Source: Candidatus Sulfomarinibacteraceae bacterium (GTDB taxonomy: Bacteria; Acidobacteriota; Thermoanaerobaculia; Thermoanaerobaculales; Sulfomarinibacteraceae). From it: a stretch of DNA of 64,000 bases. The stretch is taken from assembly GCA_963796455.1 (NCBI GenBank), contig CAWCLO010000004.1, forward strand, positions 896,001 through 960,000, read 5' to 3'. Below, one piece after another: positions 28,633-39,263 of this stretch. Under the pieces are notes generated by a model. The model ran no database searches and had not been told where the DNA came from. It saw only the letters and a program-made list of their open reading frames with translations. The translations under genes and the position numbers were made by a program. The first letter of the stretch is position 1; each line of letters opens with the position of its first letter.

Positions 28633-29762
28633 GTGGCGACACACTTCGCCCGCTCCAGGACATCACGCCTCCGGAGATCTTCAAGGAGCTGGAGAAGGGT
28701 GTTCTCGGGCAAAACACCGCGCTGCGTTTTGCCTCGGTCGCGGTCTACAAACACACCACGGGGAAGGTGCCCGGCAACATTCTTCTGATCGGCAACTCGG
28801 GCACGGGCAAGACGACGATCATGAACAACATCCAACGGATGTATCACGACGTCGCCGAGTATCGCCCGTTCCGTGCGATGACGATCATCAACGCCAACCT
28901 CCTGGTCGACTCGGAACGGATGGAGTTCCAACCGGCCCGGCTCCTGGAGGCAGTTGAACAACGTGCCCTTGCCCTGGTCGGAGAGAACCCGAGCCCGAAG
29001 GAACTCAAGGAGACGATGGAACGGGCGACCATCTGCATCGACGAAATCGACAAGATGTCCTCGATCGTCGCGGGCAAGCCGAACCCCATCGGGGTCGTGC
29101 TGCAACAGGGGCTGCTGACCCTCATGGAGGGGGAGGTGGTCACTTACAAAACCTTCGCCACGGTCGACGGAGAGGAAAAGGCGGTGACCTTGGCCATCGA
29201 CACCCGCCATATGATGTTCATCTGCGGCGGCGCCTTTGAAGGCCTCTACGACCAGGTTTATCTCCGGGTGATCAACCCGTCGAGCGGTGAAAAACTCAAA
29301 AGCCAGGCCATCCAGATGGCGGACGGGCAGGTGCGGATCGAAACTCGTTTTGCACTGGCTGATTTTCTCAAACCCGAAGACCTCTTCGAGTTCGGCATGG
29401 TGCCGCAGTTCATGGCTCGCTTTGACAACGTGGTTTTGCTGCGAGACCTCGATGTCGCGGTGCTCAAGGAGATCCTGCTCAGGTCCCTCGATTCGCCCTA
29501 CGTCCGTTCCAAGGCCTTTTTTGAGGTTATGAACATCAATCTCGAACTTGAGGAGGTTGCTGCGGCGATGATCGCGGAGAATGCCGAGCTCAATATCCGA
29601 ACCGGCGCGCGTGCCCTGCGGACGGTGTTCAACAAGATCATCAACCGGCTCGAATTCGATCCCTGGCAACACGAGGGCCTGGAAAAGACCGCAGATGGCG
29701 GCTATCGGCTCGTGATTACCCAGGACATGGCGCGGCGGGCGATCGGTGGCAACGGCGGCTGA
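28629..29762 (+). CDS. Divergent ClpX-like AAA+ ATPase (no Zn-binding domain, no IGF loop)
   Basis: VLGQ, NILLIGNSGTGKT, IDEIDK, QQGLLTLMEG, FICGGAF, FGMVPQFMARF, GARALR; ATGA overlap with the upstream stop. Confidence 0.85.
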   Translation: MSGDTLRPLQDITPPEIFKELEKGVLGQNTALRFASVAVYKHTTGKVPGNILLIGNSGTGKTTIMNNIQRMYHDVAEYRPFRAMTIINANLLVDSERMEFQPARLLEAVEQRALALVGENPSPKELKETMERATICIDEIDKMSSIVAGKPNPIGVVLQQGLLTLMEGEVVTYKTFATVDGEEKAVTLAIDTRHMMFICGGAFEGLYDQVYLRVINPSSGEKLKSQAIQMADGQVRIETRFALADFLKPEDLFEFGMVPQFMARFDNVVLLRDLDVAVLKEILLRSLDSPYVRSKAFFEVMNINLELEEVAAAMIAENAELNIRTGARALRTVFNKIINRLEFDPWQHEGLEKTADGGYRLVITQDMARRAIGGNGG

Positions 29763-29873
29763 CATCGAGGGCTGAGGATTTGATCTCAACCGTTCCCGGT
29801 TTGCCTTGTCCCTGAGAATAAAATCCAATCTCAATATGCTAGAGTGTCCTCAACAAAGTCTGTGGGGGGATCA

Positions 29874-32534
29874 ATGAGCATCGAGGTCGGAGCGAAACTG
29901 GGTCCGTACGAGATTGAAGAGGCGATCGGCGCCGGCGGCATGGGCGAGGTCTACAAGGCCCGCGACACCCGCCTCGATCGATCGGTCGCGATCAAGGTCC
30001 TGCCGGCCCACCTCGCCGAGAGCCCCGAACTGCGGCAGCGTCTCGAACGCGAGGCCAAGGCCGTTTCAAGCCTCTCGCACCCGAACATCTGTCCTCTGTA
30101 CGACATCGGCCACGAGGACGGCGTCGACTACCTGGTCATGGAATTCATCGATGGCGAGACTCTCGGCGATCGTCTTGCAAAGGGCCCTCTTGCGCTCGAG
30201 GAGACTCTGAAAATAGGCGTCCAAATCGCGGATGCTCTCGAGAAGGCCCACCGGCAGGGGATTGTTCATCGTGATCTCAAGCCTGGCAACATCATGCTCT
30301 CGGGTGGGACCGCCAAGCTGCTCGATTTCGGTCTCGCCAAGGCCGACAACGCCTCCGGTGATGAGAATGATCTCACCCGGACGCCGACTGTCAGCCAACC
30401 GTTGACGGCCGCTGGCACGGTGCTCGGAACATATCAGTACATGGCGCCCGAACAGCTCGAGGGCAAGGAAGCCGATGCGAGAACGGATATCTTTTCGCTC
30501 GGGGCGGTGCTCTACGAAATGGCCGCGGGGAGGAGAGCGTTCGAGGCCGCCACTCAGGCGAGCATGATCGGTGCCATCATGCACGAAACGCCGGCGCCCA
30601 TCTCTTCGATGCAACCGATGACCCCTCCGGCCTTTGACCGCGTGGTCCAGACCTGTCTTGCCAAGGACCCCGAAGAACGCTGGCAGACGGCGCACGACGT
30701 CAAGCTCCAACTCCAGTGGATTGCCGAAGGTGGGTCGGTCGTCGGCTTGCCGGCGCCCGTTGCCGCGCGGCGGAAGTCACGCGAGAGACTGGCCTGGGCG
30801 ATGGCCGCGGTGGCCGCCGTTGCGGCGGCGCTCTTTGCAGTTGGATATTTTCTCCGTGCGCCGGAGACACCCCGCCAGGTGCGCTTCGAGATCGCCCCTC
30901 AGGCGGGGCTGAGCACCATCGGTTCTCCGCGACTCTCGCCGGATGGAAGGACCCTTGCGTTTCATGGTGTGGATTCCATGGGCAAATCGCAGATCTGGGT
31001 TCGCGATCTGGACAGTCTCGAAGCGCGACCGGTTGCGGGCACCGAGGAAACCCGGACCGTGAGTCAAAACGAATCGCGGCCGATCTGGTCGCCCGACAGC
31101 AAGTACATTGCGTTTTTTGTAGGCAACAAGCTCAAAAAGGTGCCGGTGGCCGGCGGACCGGCGCAGACGATCTGTGAGGCCGATGGCGCGGACGGAAGCT
31201 GGAGCAGCACCGGAGAGATCGTTTTTGACGGTGATGCCCAGGCCCCGCTGCTCAGGGTCGCGGCCACGGGCGGCATCCTCAAGACCGAGGTCGATCTCGA
31301 CGAAGATCAAGGTATCGTCTCGGTCGGCTGGCCGGAGTTTCTTCCCGACGGCAAACGGTTCGTCTACATTTCGGAGGATGCGGATGGCGCCGAGACCATC
31401 ATGTTGCACACCCTCGACGAGGAAGGGGACGTCCCTTTGACGCTGGCGGACTCCCGGGTTCAGTATGCCGAACCGGGCTATTTGATTTACGTGCTCGACG
31501 GCATGCTGGTGGCTCACCCCTTTGACGCCGGTAGGGGCGAACTGACCGGCGACCCCTTGCCGTTGGCTGACAATATCGGCTCGAGTGCGGTGGGGTTGGC
31601 AGACTTTTCGGCTTCGAATGACGGCACTCTGGCTTTCCGAAGCGGGGAGTCCGGAGGCCGCCAGTTGAGGTGGTTCGATCGTGCCGGGAGGGCGATGGGA
31701 GATCTCGCCGACGCGGACGAGTTCCGGACTTTTCGAGTATCGCCCGACGGAAAGCATGTGGCCACCCAGATCTTCGATACCGACGCGGGACACAGCGATC
31801 TCTGGATTCACGATCTGGAACGGGGGGTGGCGTCGCGCTTCACCTTTGATCCCGGCGCGGACTATGCACCGTTGTGGAGCCCCGACGGAAAAAGCATCAT
31901 ATACACATCCCGCAACGAAGAGACCCGACAGATCAAACGGAAGGAAGCGTCGGGCGCCGGTGCGGCCGAAATCGTTTTTGCGACGGAACAGAACGTCACT
32001 CCAGGTGATATCACAAACGACGGCAGGCACTTTGCGTACATGCTCCAGGCTGAAGAGACGGGTTGGGATATCTGGGCGATGCCTTTGAATGGGTCGGGGG
32101 AGGCCTTTCCGCTGTTGCAGTCTGAGTTTATCGAGGTCCGTCCGACCTTTTCCCCGGACGGCAAGTGGTTCGCCTACGGGTCGAACGAATCAGGTCGATT
32201 CGAGGTCTATGTCCGCCAGTTCCCCGGACCCGGTGGCCAATGGCAGGTCTCGACCGGCGGCGGAACCGAGCCCATGTGGAGCGGTGACGGATCGGAGATC
32301 TACTACGTCGATCCTGGGGGAAACCTCGTGTCCGTGCAGGTCGAGGCTGGATCCGCCTTCAGAGCGGGTTTGCCGGAGACGCTTTTTGCTCCTCCCATCT
32401 ACCCGACGATCCAACGCGAGCGCTACGTAGTGAGCGCCGACGGCCAGAAATTCCTGATTCTATCCACGCCCTCAGGTGAAGCTGTGCGGCCCACCACTGT
32501 GCTGCTCAACTGGCACTCAGGTCTCCGGGACTAG
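29874..32534 (+). CDS. Ser/Thr protein kinase with TM helix and TolB/PD40 beta-propeller repeats
   Basis: GAGGMGEVY, VAIK, HRDLKPGN, DFG, APE; repeated SPDG motifs. Confidence 0.95.
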   Translation: MSIEVGAKLGPYEIEEAIGAGGMGEVYKARDTRLDRSVAIKVLPAHLAESPELRQRLEREAKAVSSLSHPNICPLYDIGHEDGVDYLVMEFIDGETLGDRLAKGPLALEETLKIGVQIADALEKAHRQGIVHRDLKPGNIMLSGGTAKLLDFGLAKADNASGDENDLTRTPTVSQPLTAAGTVLGTYQYMAPEQLEGKEADARTDIFSLGAVLYEMAAGRRAFEAATQASMIGAIMHETPAPISSMQPMTPPAFDRVVQTCLAKDPEERWQTAHDVKLQLQWIAEGGSVVGLPAPVAARRKSRERLAWAMAAVAAVAAALFAVGYFLRAPETPRQVRFEIAPQAGLSTIGSPRLSPDGRTLAFHGVDSMGKSQIWVRDLDSLEARPVAGTEETRTVSQNESRPIWSPDSKYIAFFVGNKLKKVPVAGGPAQTICEADGADGSWSSTGEIVFDGDAQAPLLRVAATGGILKTEVDLDEDQGIVSVGWPEFLPDGKRFVYISEDADGAETIMLHTLDEEGDVPLTLADSRVQYAEPGYLIYVLDGMLVAHPFDAGRGELTGDPLPLADNIGSSAVGLADFSASNDGTLAFRSGESGGRQLRWFDRAGRAMGDLADADEFRTFRVSPDGKHVATQIFDTDAGHSDLWIHDLERGVASRFTFDPGADYAPLWSPDGKSIIYTSRNEETRQIKRKEASGAGAAEIVFATEQNVTPGDITNDGRHFAYMLQAEETGWDIWAMPLNGSGEAFPLLQSEFIEVRPTFSPDGKWFAYGSNESGRFEVYVRQFPGPGGQWQVSTGGGTEPMWSGDGSEIYYVDPGGNLVSVQVEAGSAFRAGLPETLFAPPIYPTIQRERYVVSADGQKFLILSTPSGEAVRPTTVLLNWHSGLRD

Positions 32535-32551
32535 GCTGATACACTGAAGAG

Positions 32552-33235
32552 GTGGCCCGAGAATTCAGCCTACGTTTCGACCTCGATTTGAGCGAGGCCC
32601 TGGGAAGACGATTGTGCCCGGACGCCAAGATCGTTCAGGAGGATCGAAATCTGGTCATGGCCGGGCAGACGATGCTCGATCTCGACCGTCACAACGGCCT
32701 CGATGCGGCGTATCTCGCGATCGCCGAGCACCGTCCCTTGCCGCTCGGGCGATATCTTCTGATGCGGAACCGCGGTGAGGATGCTTTCTGGACCTATCAG
32801 GCGGTGGTCCACGATCTCGAAGAAAAGCCGTCCTGCCGTGCCGGAAACGTTCGCCGAAGTCTGACCGCGATTCTCAAGGACGGCGTCAAACGCGGTATGA
32901 CCTCGGTCTCCGTCGAGCCCCTCGGGGTGTGGCGGTCCCGGGGGCTCAAGATCGAGGAAATGGTGGACGCTTTCGAGGCTGCGGTTCTCGAGGTCAGCGT
33001 CGGGCTCGAAGCTCCGTTGCGGCTGACCCTGTTGCTCAGCGACCTCGAGCTTGTCGAGGAGGTCTCACACCTCTTGCGATCGCGTCTGCTGCGGAAGGCC
33101 AAGCGAAGTTTCAGGACCGTTGACGGAGAGTCTGCGCTGGTCGAAGTCAAACAGCGCGGTTTCAGGCTTCACTGCCGCTTCGTGCCCGGGTCCCTGTCGG
33201 GTTATTCCGTCACCTGCATGGATCACGCGGTCTGA
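32552..33235 (+). CDS. Hypothetical protein, possible degenerate macro-domain fold
   Basis: AVVHD...VRRSLTAILKDGVKRGMTSVSVEPLG resembles the macro-domain C-terminal half. Confidence 0.55.
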   Translation: MAREFSLRFDLDLSEALGRRLCPDAKIVQEDRNLVMAGQTMLDLDRHNGLDAAYLAIAEHRPLPLGRYLLMRNRGEDAFWTYQAVVHDLEEKPSCRAGNVRRSLTAILKDGVKRGMTSVSVEPLGVWRSRGLKIEEMVDAFEAAVLEVSVGLEAPLRLTLLLSDLELVEEVSHLLRSRLLRKAKRSFRTVDGESALVEVKQRGFRLHCRFVPGSLSGYSVTCMDHAV

Positions 33236-33431
33236 GGGTTCGCGACGGCTCACATCCGTTGTGCCTTCTTATGACCGACTCGGACGCGGCCACGCCGTCA
33301 CTTCCCCCGATTGCTGCCCCTGATCGCTGTTCCCGGTCGCTGCTCACTGTTCTGTCGCTGGACACTGTTGCTGCCGCTGCCGCCGCCAGCCGTCTCTGGC
33401 CACCCGATTCCCCTCCGTGTATGCTGTCCCG

Positions 33432-33806
<375 letters not shown>

Positions 33807-33948
33807 TTTAACACCGCCTGCCAAGTGGGAGGGTTGTCTTGACTGCGCAGAGGAGCAGAGGATAGGAGAGCAGGGGAGAGGGTGATGGAACGCACACTGG
33901 TTCGGGATTGATGGCCACCGGTGTCCGATCCGATGTAATGTTGAAAGC

Positions 33949-34842
33949 GTGAAATCGGAATTCGCACCCCTCGAGCCCGGTGAGCCGATCGGCGTGGTGG
34001 CATTGTCAGGGCCGGTGGACGACGACAAGCTCGATGCCGGTCTTTCGGTGTTGCGTGCCTGGGGGCATCCCTTGGTGGAAGCTTCCAATCTTCGCCTGAA
34101 GGACTTGTACCTTGCAGGTTCGGACCAAGAACGTCTCGCCGGTTTCGAAGAGGTGGTCGATTCGGGCGTCCGTTGGATCGTGGCGGCGAGGGGGGGCTAT
34201 GGTTCGACCCGTCTCCTCGAATCGGTCTCGTTTCCGGATCTGCGTCGGCGGGGTGTGCATCTGATCGGCTATTCGGACCTCACGGCATTTCTCAACCCTT
34301 TGGCCCTTGATGGAGGGGCGATTCAGTTTCATGGGCCCATGGTGGCGGCCGGTCTTACCCGGACTCACAACGCAAGGCGGCTGCACGAAATGCTGACGGG
34401 AGATTTGGTGGGTCAGATTCTCTATCGCTTTCCGCCGAGCTCGGTCCTTCGACCTGGCTGCGTCGATGGCACGGCACTTGGCGGAAATCTGACCCTTTTG
34501 TCGGCCCTCGTCGGCACACCGTGGGAACCTGATTTTGATGGTTCGGTTCTTTTTCTCGAAGAGGTCGGCGAGCCCCTCTACAAGCTCGATCGAATGTTGA
34601 CCCACCTCCGGGGCTCTGGTAGATTGCGCAACGTGAAAGCATTGATTGGCGGGAGCTTGCGCGGTTGTCGACCGGCTCCGGAACGATCAAGACGGTGGCG
34701 GATGTTGCTCGAAGAGACGGCGCCTCCCGGGGCCTCGATCGTGGTCGGGTTGCCCTTTGGTCACGGTGCCGCAAATCTCGCTTTTCCAATCGGCGCGCGG
34801 GTCGAACTCGACACCGGTGCCGGGTGCGTTGTCTGGAGTTGA
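33949..34842 (+). CDS. ldcA: LD-carboxypeptidase (S66)
   Basis: ARGGYG, GYSD, HGPM, GGNL, LFLEEV, PFGH. Confidence 0.92.
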   Translation: MKSEFAPLEPGEPIGVVALSGPVDDDKLDAGLSVLRAWGHPLVEASNLRLKDLYLAGSDQERLAGFEEVVDSGVRWIVAARGGYGSTRLLESVSFPDLRRRGVHLIGYSDLTAFLNPLALDGGAIQFHGPMVAAGLTRTHNARRLHEMLTGDLVGQILYRFPPSSVLRPGCVDGTALGGNLTLLSALVGTPWEPDFDGSVLFLEEVGEPLYKLDRMLTHLRGSGRLRNVKALIGGSLRGCRPAPERSRRWRMLLEETAPPGASIVVGLPFGHGAANLAFPIGARVELDTGAGCVVWS

Positions 34843-34843
34843 G

Positions 34844-35641
34844 ATGGCGAAGTTCAGGGTGAAATCGACAGGCGGAGGAACGCACGACTCGCTGGAGCCG
34901 ATGCGCAGCGAGTTTCCGAAAGGGAGCGTGATCTTCGCCGAGGGAGATCTCGGGCTGGCCATGTATGTCATCGAAACCGGTCAGGTTGAAATCCGGAAGG
35001 TGCTCGGCGGTAAGGAGCGAACCCTGGCGACCCTGGCCAAGGGCGACTTCTTCGGCGAGATGTGCATGCTCGAGGATGAGAAACCGCGATCGGCCTCCGC
35101 CCACGCGATCGAGGATGTCAATCTGGTGATGATCGACCAGTCGGCCTTCACTTTCATACTCAAACACAACCCGGAGATCGCCATCCGGATGATGCGCAAG
35201 CTGGTCCTGCGATTGCAGCAGACCACCGAGTTGCTCGAAGAGGCGGTTGGACACAAGGTCGATATCGAGGATTCAGGGATCAAAGAACCGGTGGCGCCGT
35301 CGCACGACCCGAACGCGAGGCTGGTGGAGATCACCAGCGGAATCGTCTTTCCGCTCGCCGAATCAAAAGAAACCACCGTCGGGCGGATTGACCCGGTAAC
35401 GGGCATTCTTCCCGACGTGGATCTCACGCCGGTGGACGGCAAACGCTCGATCTCGAGACGCCATGCCCGGGTTCGGCGTGAGGACGACGGCACCTACAGT
35501 GTGGTCGAAGACGTCGGCACGATGAACGGGACCTTTGTCAACGGCGTTCGTCTGGTTGCGGGGCGCGCCTCGCCGGTGGCACCGGGTGACACCGTGGTCT
35601 TCGGGACCATCCAGTGCCGATTCGAGGTTGAAGGCGCCTGA
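34844..35641 (+). CDS. Cyclic-nucleotide-binding domain + FHA domain protein
   Basis: IFAEGD, GDFFGEM, PRSASA; VGR, SISRRHA, TMNGTFVNG. Confidence 0.9.
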   Translation: MAKFRVKSTGGGTHDSLEPMRSEFPKGSVIFAEGDLGLAMYVIETGQVEIRKVLGGKERTLATLAKGDFFGEMCMLEDEKPRSASAHAIEDVNLVMIDQSAFTFILKHNPEIAIRMMRKLVLRLQQTTELLEEAVGHKVDIEDSGIKEPVAPSHDPNARLVEITSGIVFPLAESKETTVGRIDPVTGILPDVDLTPVDGKRSISRRHARVRREDDGTYSVVEDVGTMNGTFVNGVRLVAGRASPVAPGDTVVFGTIQCRFEVEGA

Positions 35642-37716
35642 TCCGCCCCGAGGATCCCCTGACAGTCCTCAAGGGCATCGGTCCCCGCTCGGCCGAGGCG
35701 CTGGCTGCGGAGGGCTTTGAGAGGGTCGTCGATCTGCTCCTCCATCTGCCGCGGCGCTACGATGACCGATCGCGCCTGACCACTCTCGAGCGCAGCCTGC
35801 AGCCTGGGGAGTGGGTTCTCATTCGCGGCTCCGTCAAGGGCGTCAGGGTGCGGCGAATACCGCGTCGGCGGCTGCATATCGTTGACGGTTTCATCGATGA
35901 CGGGTGTGGGAATCTCAAGGCCGTGTGGTTCAACCAGAGGTGGCTCGGCCGCCGCCTCGAGGACGAACCGGAGCTCTATCTCTACGGCCAGATCCGCAAG
36001 ACAAAGGGCGGCGGCGTTGAATTGATCAACCCCGAGATCGAAAAGGTCGAGGACGACGCCGAGAGGATCGTCCCCATCTATCGACGGATCGGTCGTTTCG
36101 GAGGACGACGGCTGCGAAACCTGATCGGGCAGTGTCTCGAGGCCGTTCCGCAGTGTCCCGATCCATTGCCGGAGGCCATTCGTCGCGAGTATGGTCTGTC
36201 CGAACTCGGCCCCGGCCTTCGCGAACTCCATGCTCCGGTAGTGCCTTCGAACGACGACGAACGCCACCTCATGATGACTGAGCTTGGGGATGGTCGAAGG
36301 GCTGGGCACCGCCGTCTCGCCTTCGACGAGTTGCTGGCGTTTGCATGCACGGTGACGGAGAATCGTGATCGCCGTGAGGGGCTCGATGGACCTCTGATCA
36401 AAGTGACCGAAAAGGCCGAAAAGCAGCTCTGCGAACTGCTACCTTTCCGACTCACCGATGCCCAGCGACGGGTGGTGCGGGAGATCTCGGCCGATCTCGG
36501 CCGGTCGCGACCGATGGCCCGCCTGGTGCAGGGCGATGTGGGTTCGGGAAAAACCGCGGTGGCGGCGGTGGCCATGGCCATGGCGCTGGAAGCAGGGTTT
36601 CAGGTCGCGATCATGGCCCCGACGGAGCTCCTCGCCGAACAACACCTGCGGACCCTCGATGGGATTTTTACTTCGGCAGGCTACCCTCCACGACTCCTGG
36701 TGGGATCTCTGACGGCGGCCGAACGGCGCGCTGTCAACGGGGGCCTCGCGGATGGATCGCTCCGCCTCGTCATCGGCACCCATGCCCTGTTCCAGGAATC
36801 GGTGGAATTCCATCGTTTGGGTCTGGTGGTGGTCGACGAACAACACCGTTTCGGTGTGGTCCAGCGCTCTGCTCTGGTTGCCAAAGGCGCCTCGCCCCAC
36901 CTGCTGGTGATGACCGCGACACCGATCCCGAGGTCCCTGGCATTGACCGTATATGGAGATCTCGAACTATCCGTTATTGACGAAATGCCTCCTGGGCGAC
37001 AGCCGGTGAGGACGGTCCTTCGACCAGCGAGCGCTCGCGCCAAGGTCTTTGATTTCATCCGAACCGAGCTCGGGGAGGGTGGTCGAGCTTTTATCGTTTG
37101 TCCATTCATCGATCCCAACGAGGACATCCCGGTTGCCGCGGTTTCAGAACGCTTCGAAGACATCCGGAATCGCCTCCAGGGCTTCGATGTCGGAATTCTC
37201 CACGGCCGCCTGTCGAGTCACGAGCGTGACGAGGTCAGCGCCGGTTTCCGCGACGGGTCGATCCAGGTCCTTCTGGCGACGACGGTCATCGAGGTCGGGG
37301 TCGATGTTCCGGAAGCCACGATCATGGTGATCGAGTCGGCGCAGCACTTCGGTTTGTCGCAGCTTCATCAACTTCGAGGCAGGGTTGGGCGCGGCTGCCG
37401 TCCGGCCTGGTGCATCCTTCTGACCGACGGAGCCGTGAGCGAGGACGCCCGACGCCGGCTCGGGGTTGTCTGCCGCTCGGTTGATGGTTTCGAAATCGCC
37501 GAGGCGGATCTGGAAATACGCGGCCCCGGTGAACTGATGGGCACCCGGCAGTGGGGGCCGGCGGCCTTCCGCTTTGCCAACCTGGTGCGCGATCTGGGGG
37601 TGATCGGACGGACCCGCGATCTGGCCGCTGAATTCTCCAGCCAGGGTAAATTGAAGAAACTTCGTCGCGACCTTGGGCTTTATCACCCGATCGAATCTGG
37701 GTTTCGCGCGAGCTGA
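35638..37716 (+). CDS. recG: ATP-dependent DNA helicase RecG (probable CTG start)
   Basis: LKGIGP..DLLLHLPRRYDDR N-terminus in frame upstream of the called GTG; QGDVGSGKT, DEQH, MTATPIPR, QLRGRVGR. Confidence 0.95.
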   Translation: MIRPEDPLTVLKGIGPRSAEALAAEGFERVVDLLLHLPRRYDDRSRLTTLERSLQPGEWVLIRGSVKGVRVRRIPRRRLHIVDGFIDDGCGNLKAVWFNQRWLGRRLEDEPELYLYGQIRKTKGGGVELINPEIEKVEDDAERIVPIYRRIGRFGGRRLRNLIGQCLEAVPQCPDPLPEAIRREYGLSELGPGLRELHAPVVPSNDDERHLMMTELGDGRRAGHRRLAFDELLAFACTVTENRDRREGLDGPLIKVTEKAEKQLCELLPFRLTDAQRRVVREISADLGRSRPMARLVQGDVGSGKTAVAAVAMAMALEAGFQVAIMAPTELLAEQHLRTLDGIFTSAGYPPRLLVGSLTAAERRAVNGGLADGSLRLVIGTHALFQESVEFHRLGLVVVDEQHRFGVVQRSALVAKGASPHLLVMTATPIPRSLALTVYGDLELSVIDEMPPGRQPVRTVLRPASARAKVFDFIRTELGEGGRAFIVCPFIDPNEDIPVAAVSERFEDIRNRLQGFDVGILHGRLSSHERDEVSAGFRDGSIQVLLATTVIEVGVDVPEATIMVIESAQHFGLSQLHQLRGRVGRGCRPAWCILLTDGAVSEDARRRLGVVCRSVDGFEIAEADLEIRGPGELMGTRQWGPAAFRFANLVRDLGVIGRTRDLAAEFSSQGKLKKLRRDLGLYHPIESGFRAS

Positions 37717-37933
37717 GAGCTCGAGATTATGGTGCGGCTCCGGGTGATGGCACAATAGGCTCACGTTCGATAGGAGGTTTCCAATTGCAGCACGGATCCG
37801 AAATTCAGACGATCACCGGCGGTGATTTCTACCAACGTCTTCGCACCCTCCAGGATCTCCTCGAGCTTGGTGACGAAATGGTCAGCGGGCGCGTCTGGGG
37901 TCGGTTGCAACGAATGGTCGGAGGTGATTTCTG

Positions 37934-39250
37934 ATGGGGAACAACCAATGGACACCCGGCGTCGACGATCCGCAACTGGTGGTCGAGCCGGGCCAGTTGG
38001 CTCATCTCGATACCAGTCCCGAAACCATGCTGCCTATTCCAGGCAGCCGAATGTTCGAAATCAACGAGGCGCTCAAGGTCTATCTCGCGGACCGGCCCGA
38101 TGGGGTGGTATTCGACGCCAGCCAGGGTGATGGTGGCGCGAGCCTGCCCGGGGTTCCGTCAGAGATCCTGGATATGGCCCATCGACTTCAAGTCGAACAT
38201 GGAACGGGTTACGACAAACCCTTCGGCACCCCGGAGTTCCGACGTTGTGTGGTCGAGGACTACTGGGGCCTGGATGCGGCAACCGGTTGGGGCCCGGCGA
38301 ATGTCATCGCCTGCCAGGGCGGTCGTGACGCGCTCATCAAGTCATACGATGCGGCCCAGTTCCTCGGTCACCGCCGGCGCGGCGACTTCGTAGTGACCTC
38401 CCGAGTGCCGTGGATCTCGTATAACTGGGGCCCCTACGCGGTTGGAGCCAACGTGATGCTGGCCCCCGGCCGTGAGAACGAAGCGTGGACCCTGACTCCT
38501 GAGGCCATCAACCAGTGCGGCGAATTCGCCGCGCGACTCGACGGGCGGCGTCTGGCGATGCTGGTGATCACGAGCCCCGACAACCCGACCGGCCGCAGCA
38601 TGACTCCGGAGCGCCAGATCCAAATCGCCCGAGCCGCCTTTGCAGCCGGGGTTCCCTATGTCTTCTTCGACTGGATCTATCACCGGGTGACCGATGGAGA
38701 AGCGAACGATCTCAACTCCTTTCTGGGCGCCCTCGAGCCCGAGGAACGAGAAAGGTGCATATTCCTTGACGGGCTCACCAAAGCCCTCGGTGCGAGCAAT
38801 ATCCGAAACGCCCACCTCGTCGCTTCAGAGAAGGTCATCAAGTTCATCCAGAGCCGCGCTTCCCACGCCGTGATTCCATCGTTCTACAGCCTCGCGGTGG
38901 CCATCGCAGCCTATAGGATGGGTTTTGCAGAGGCGTCAAAGACCATCGTCGGCCCCACCAACGCGTCCAGAAAAGTGATGGCCGGAAAGCTCGCCGAACT
39001 GGGGATCAACCACATTTTGGGCAAGGGATATTACGCCTTCCTCGATCTGGCCCCCTGGATCGAGAAAGCAGGTCTTGCAGACAGTGCCGAACTCGGAAGT
39101 CTGCTGGCGGAGCGTCACGGTCTGGCCGTCGTTCCCGGGGTCTATTTCTCCGAATACGGACGCAACTGGATTCGATTCTCCTACGCGTTGCCGCCGAGCA
39201 CGACGGAGGCGGCGGTAGATCGTTTGTGGGAAGCGCTGTCCTCGCTGTGA
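37934..39250 (+). CDS. PLP-dependent class I/II aminotransferase
   Basis: TSPDNPTG, FFDWIY, DGLTKALG..NIR, VVPGVYF, WIRFSYA; GGAGG SD. Confidence 0.9.
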   Translation: MGNNQWTPGVDDPQLVVEPGQLAHLDTSPETMLPIPGSRMFEINEALKVYLADRPDGVVFDASQGDGGASLPGVPSEILDMAHRLQVEHGTGYDKPFGTPEFRRCVVEDYWGLDAATGWGPANVIACQGGRDALIKSYDAAQFLGHRRRGDFVVTSRVPWISYNWGPYAVGANVMLAPGRENEAWTLTPEAINQCGEFAARLDGRRLAMLVITSPDNPTGRSMTPERQIQIARAAFAAGVPYVFFDWIYHRVTDGEANDLNSFLGALEPEERERCIFLDGLTKALGASNIRNAHLVASEKVIKFIQSRASHAVIPSFYSLAVAIAAYRMGFAEASKTIVGPTNASRKVMAGKLAELGINHILGKGYYAFLDLAPWIEKAGLADSAELGSLLAERHGLAVVPGVYFSEYGRNWIRFSYALPPSTTEAAVDRLWEALSSL

Positions 39251-39263
39251 GGGGCAGCGGATC

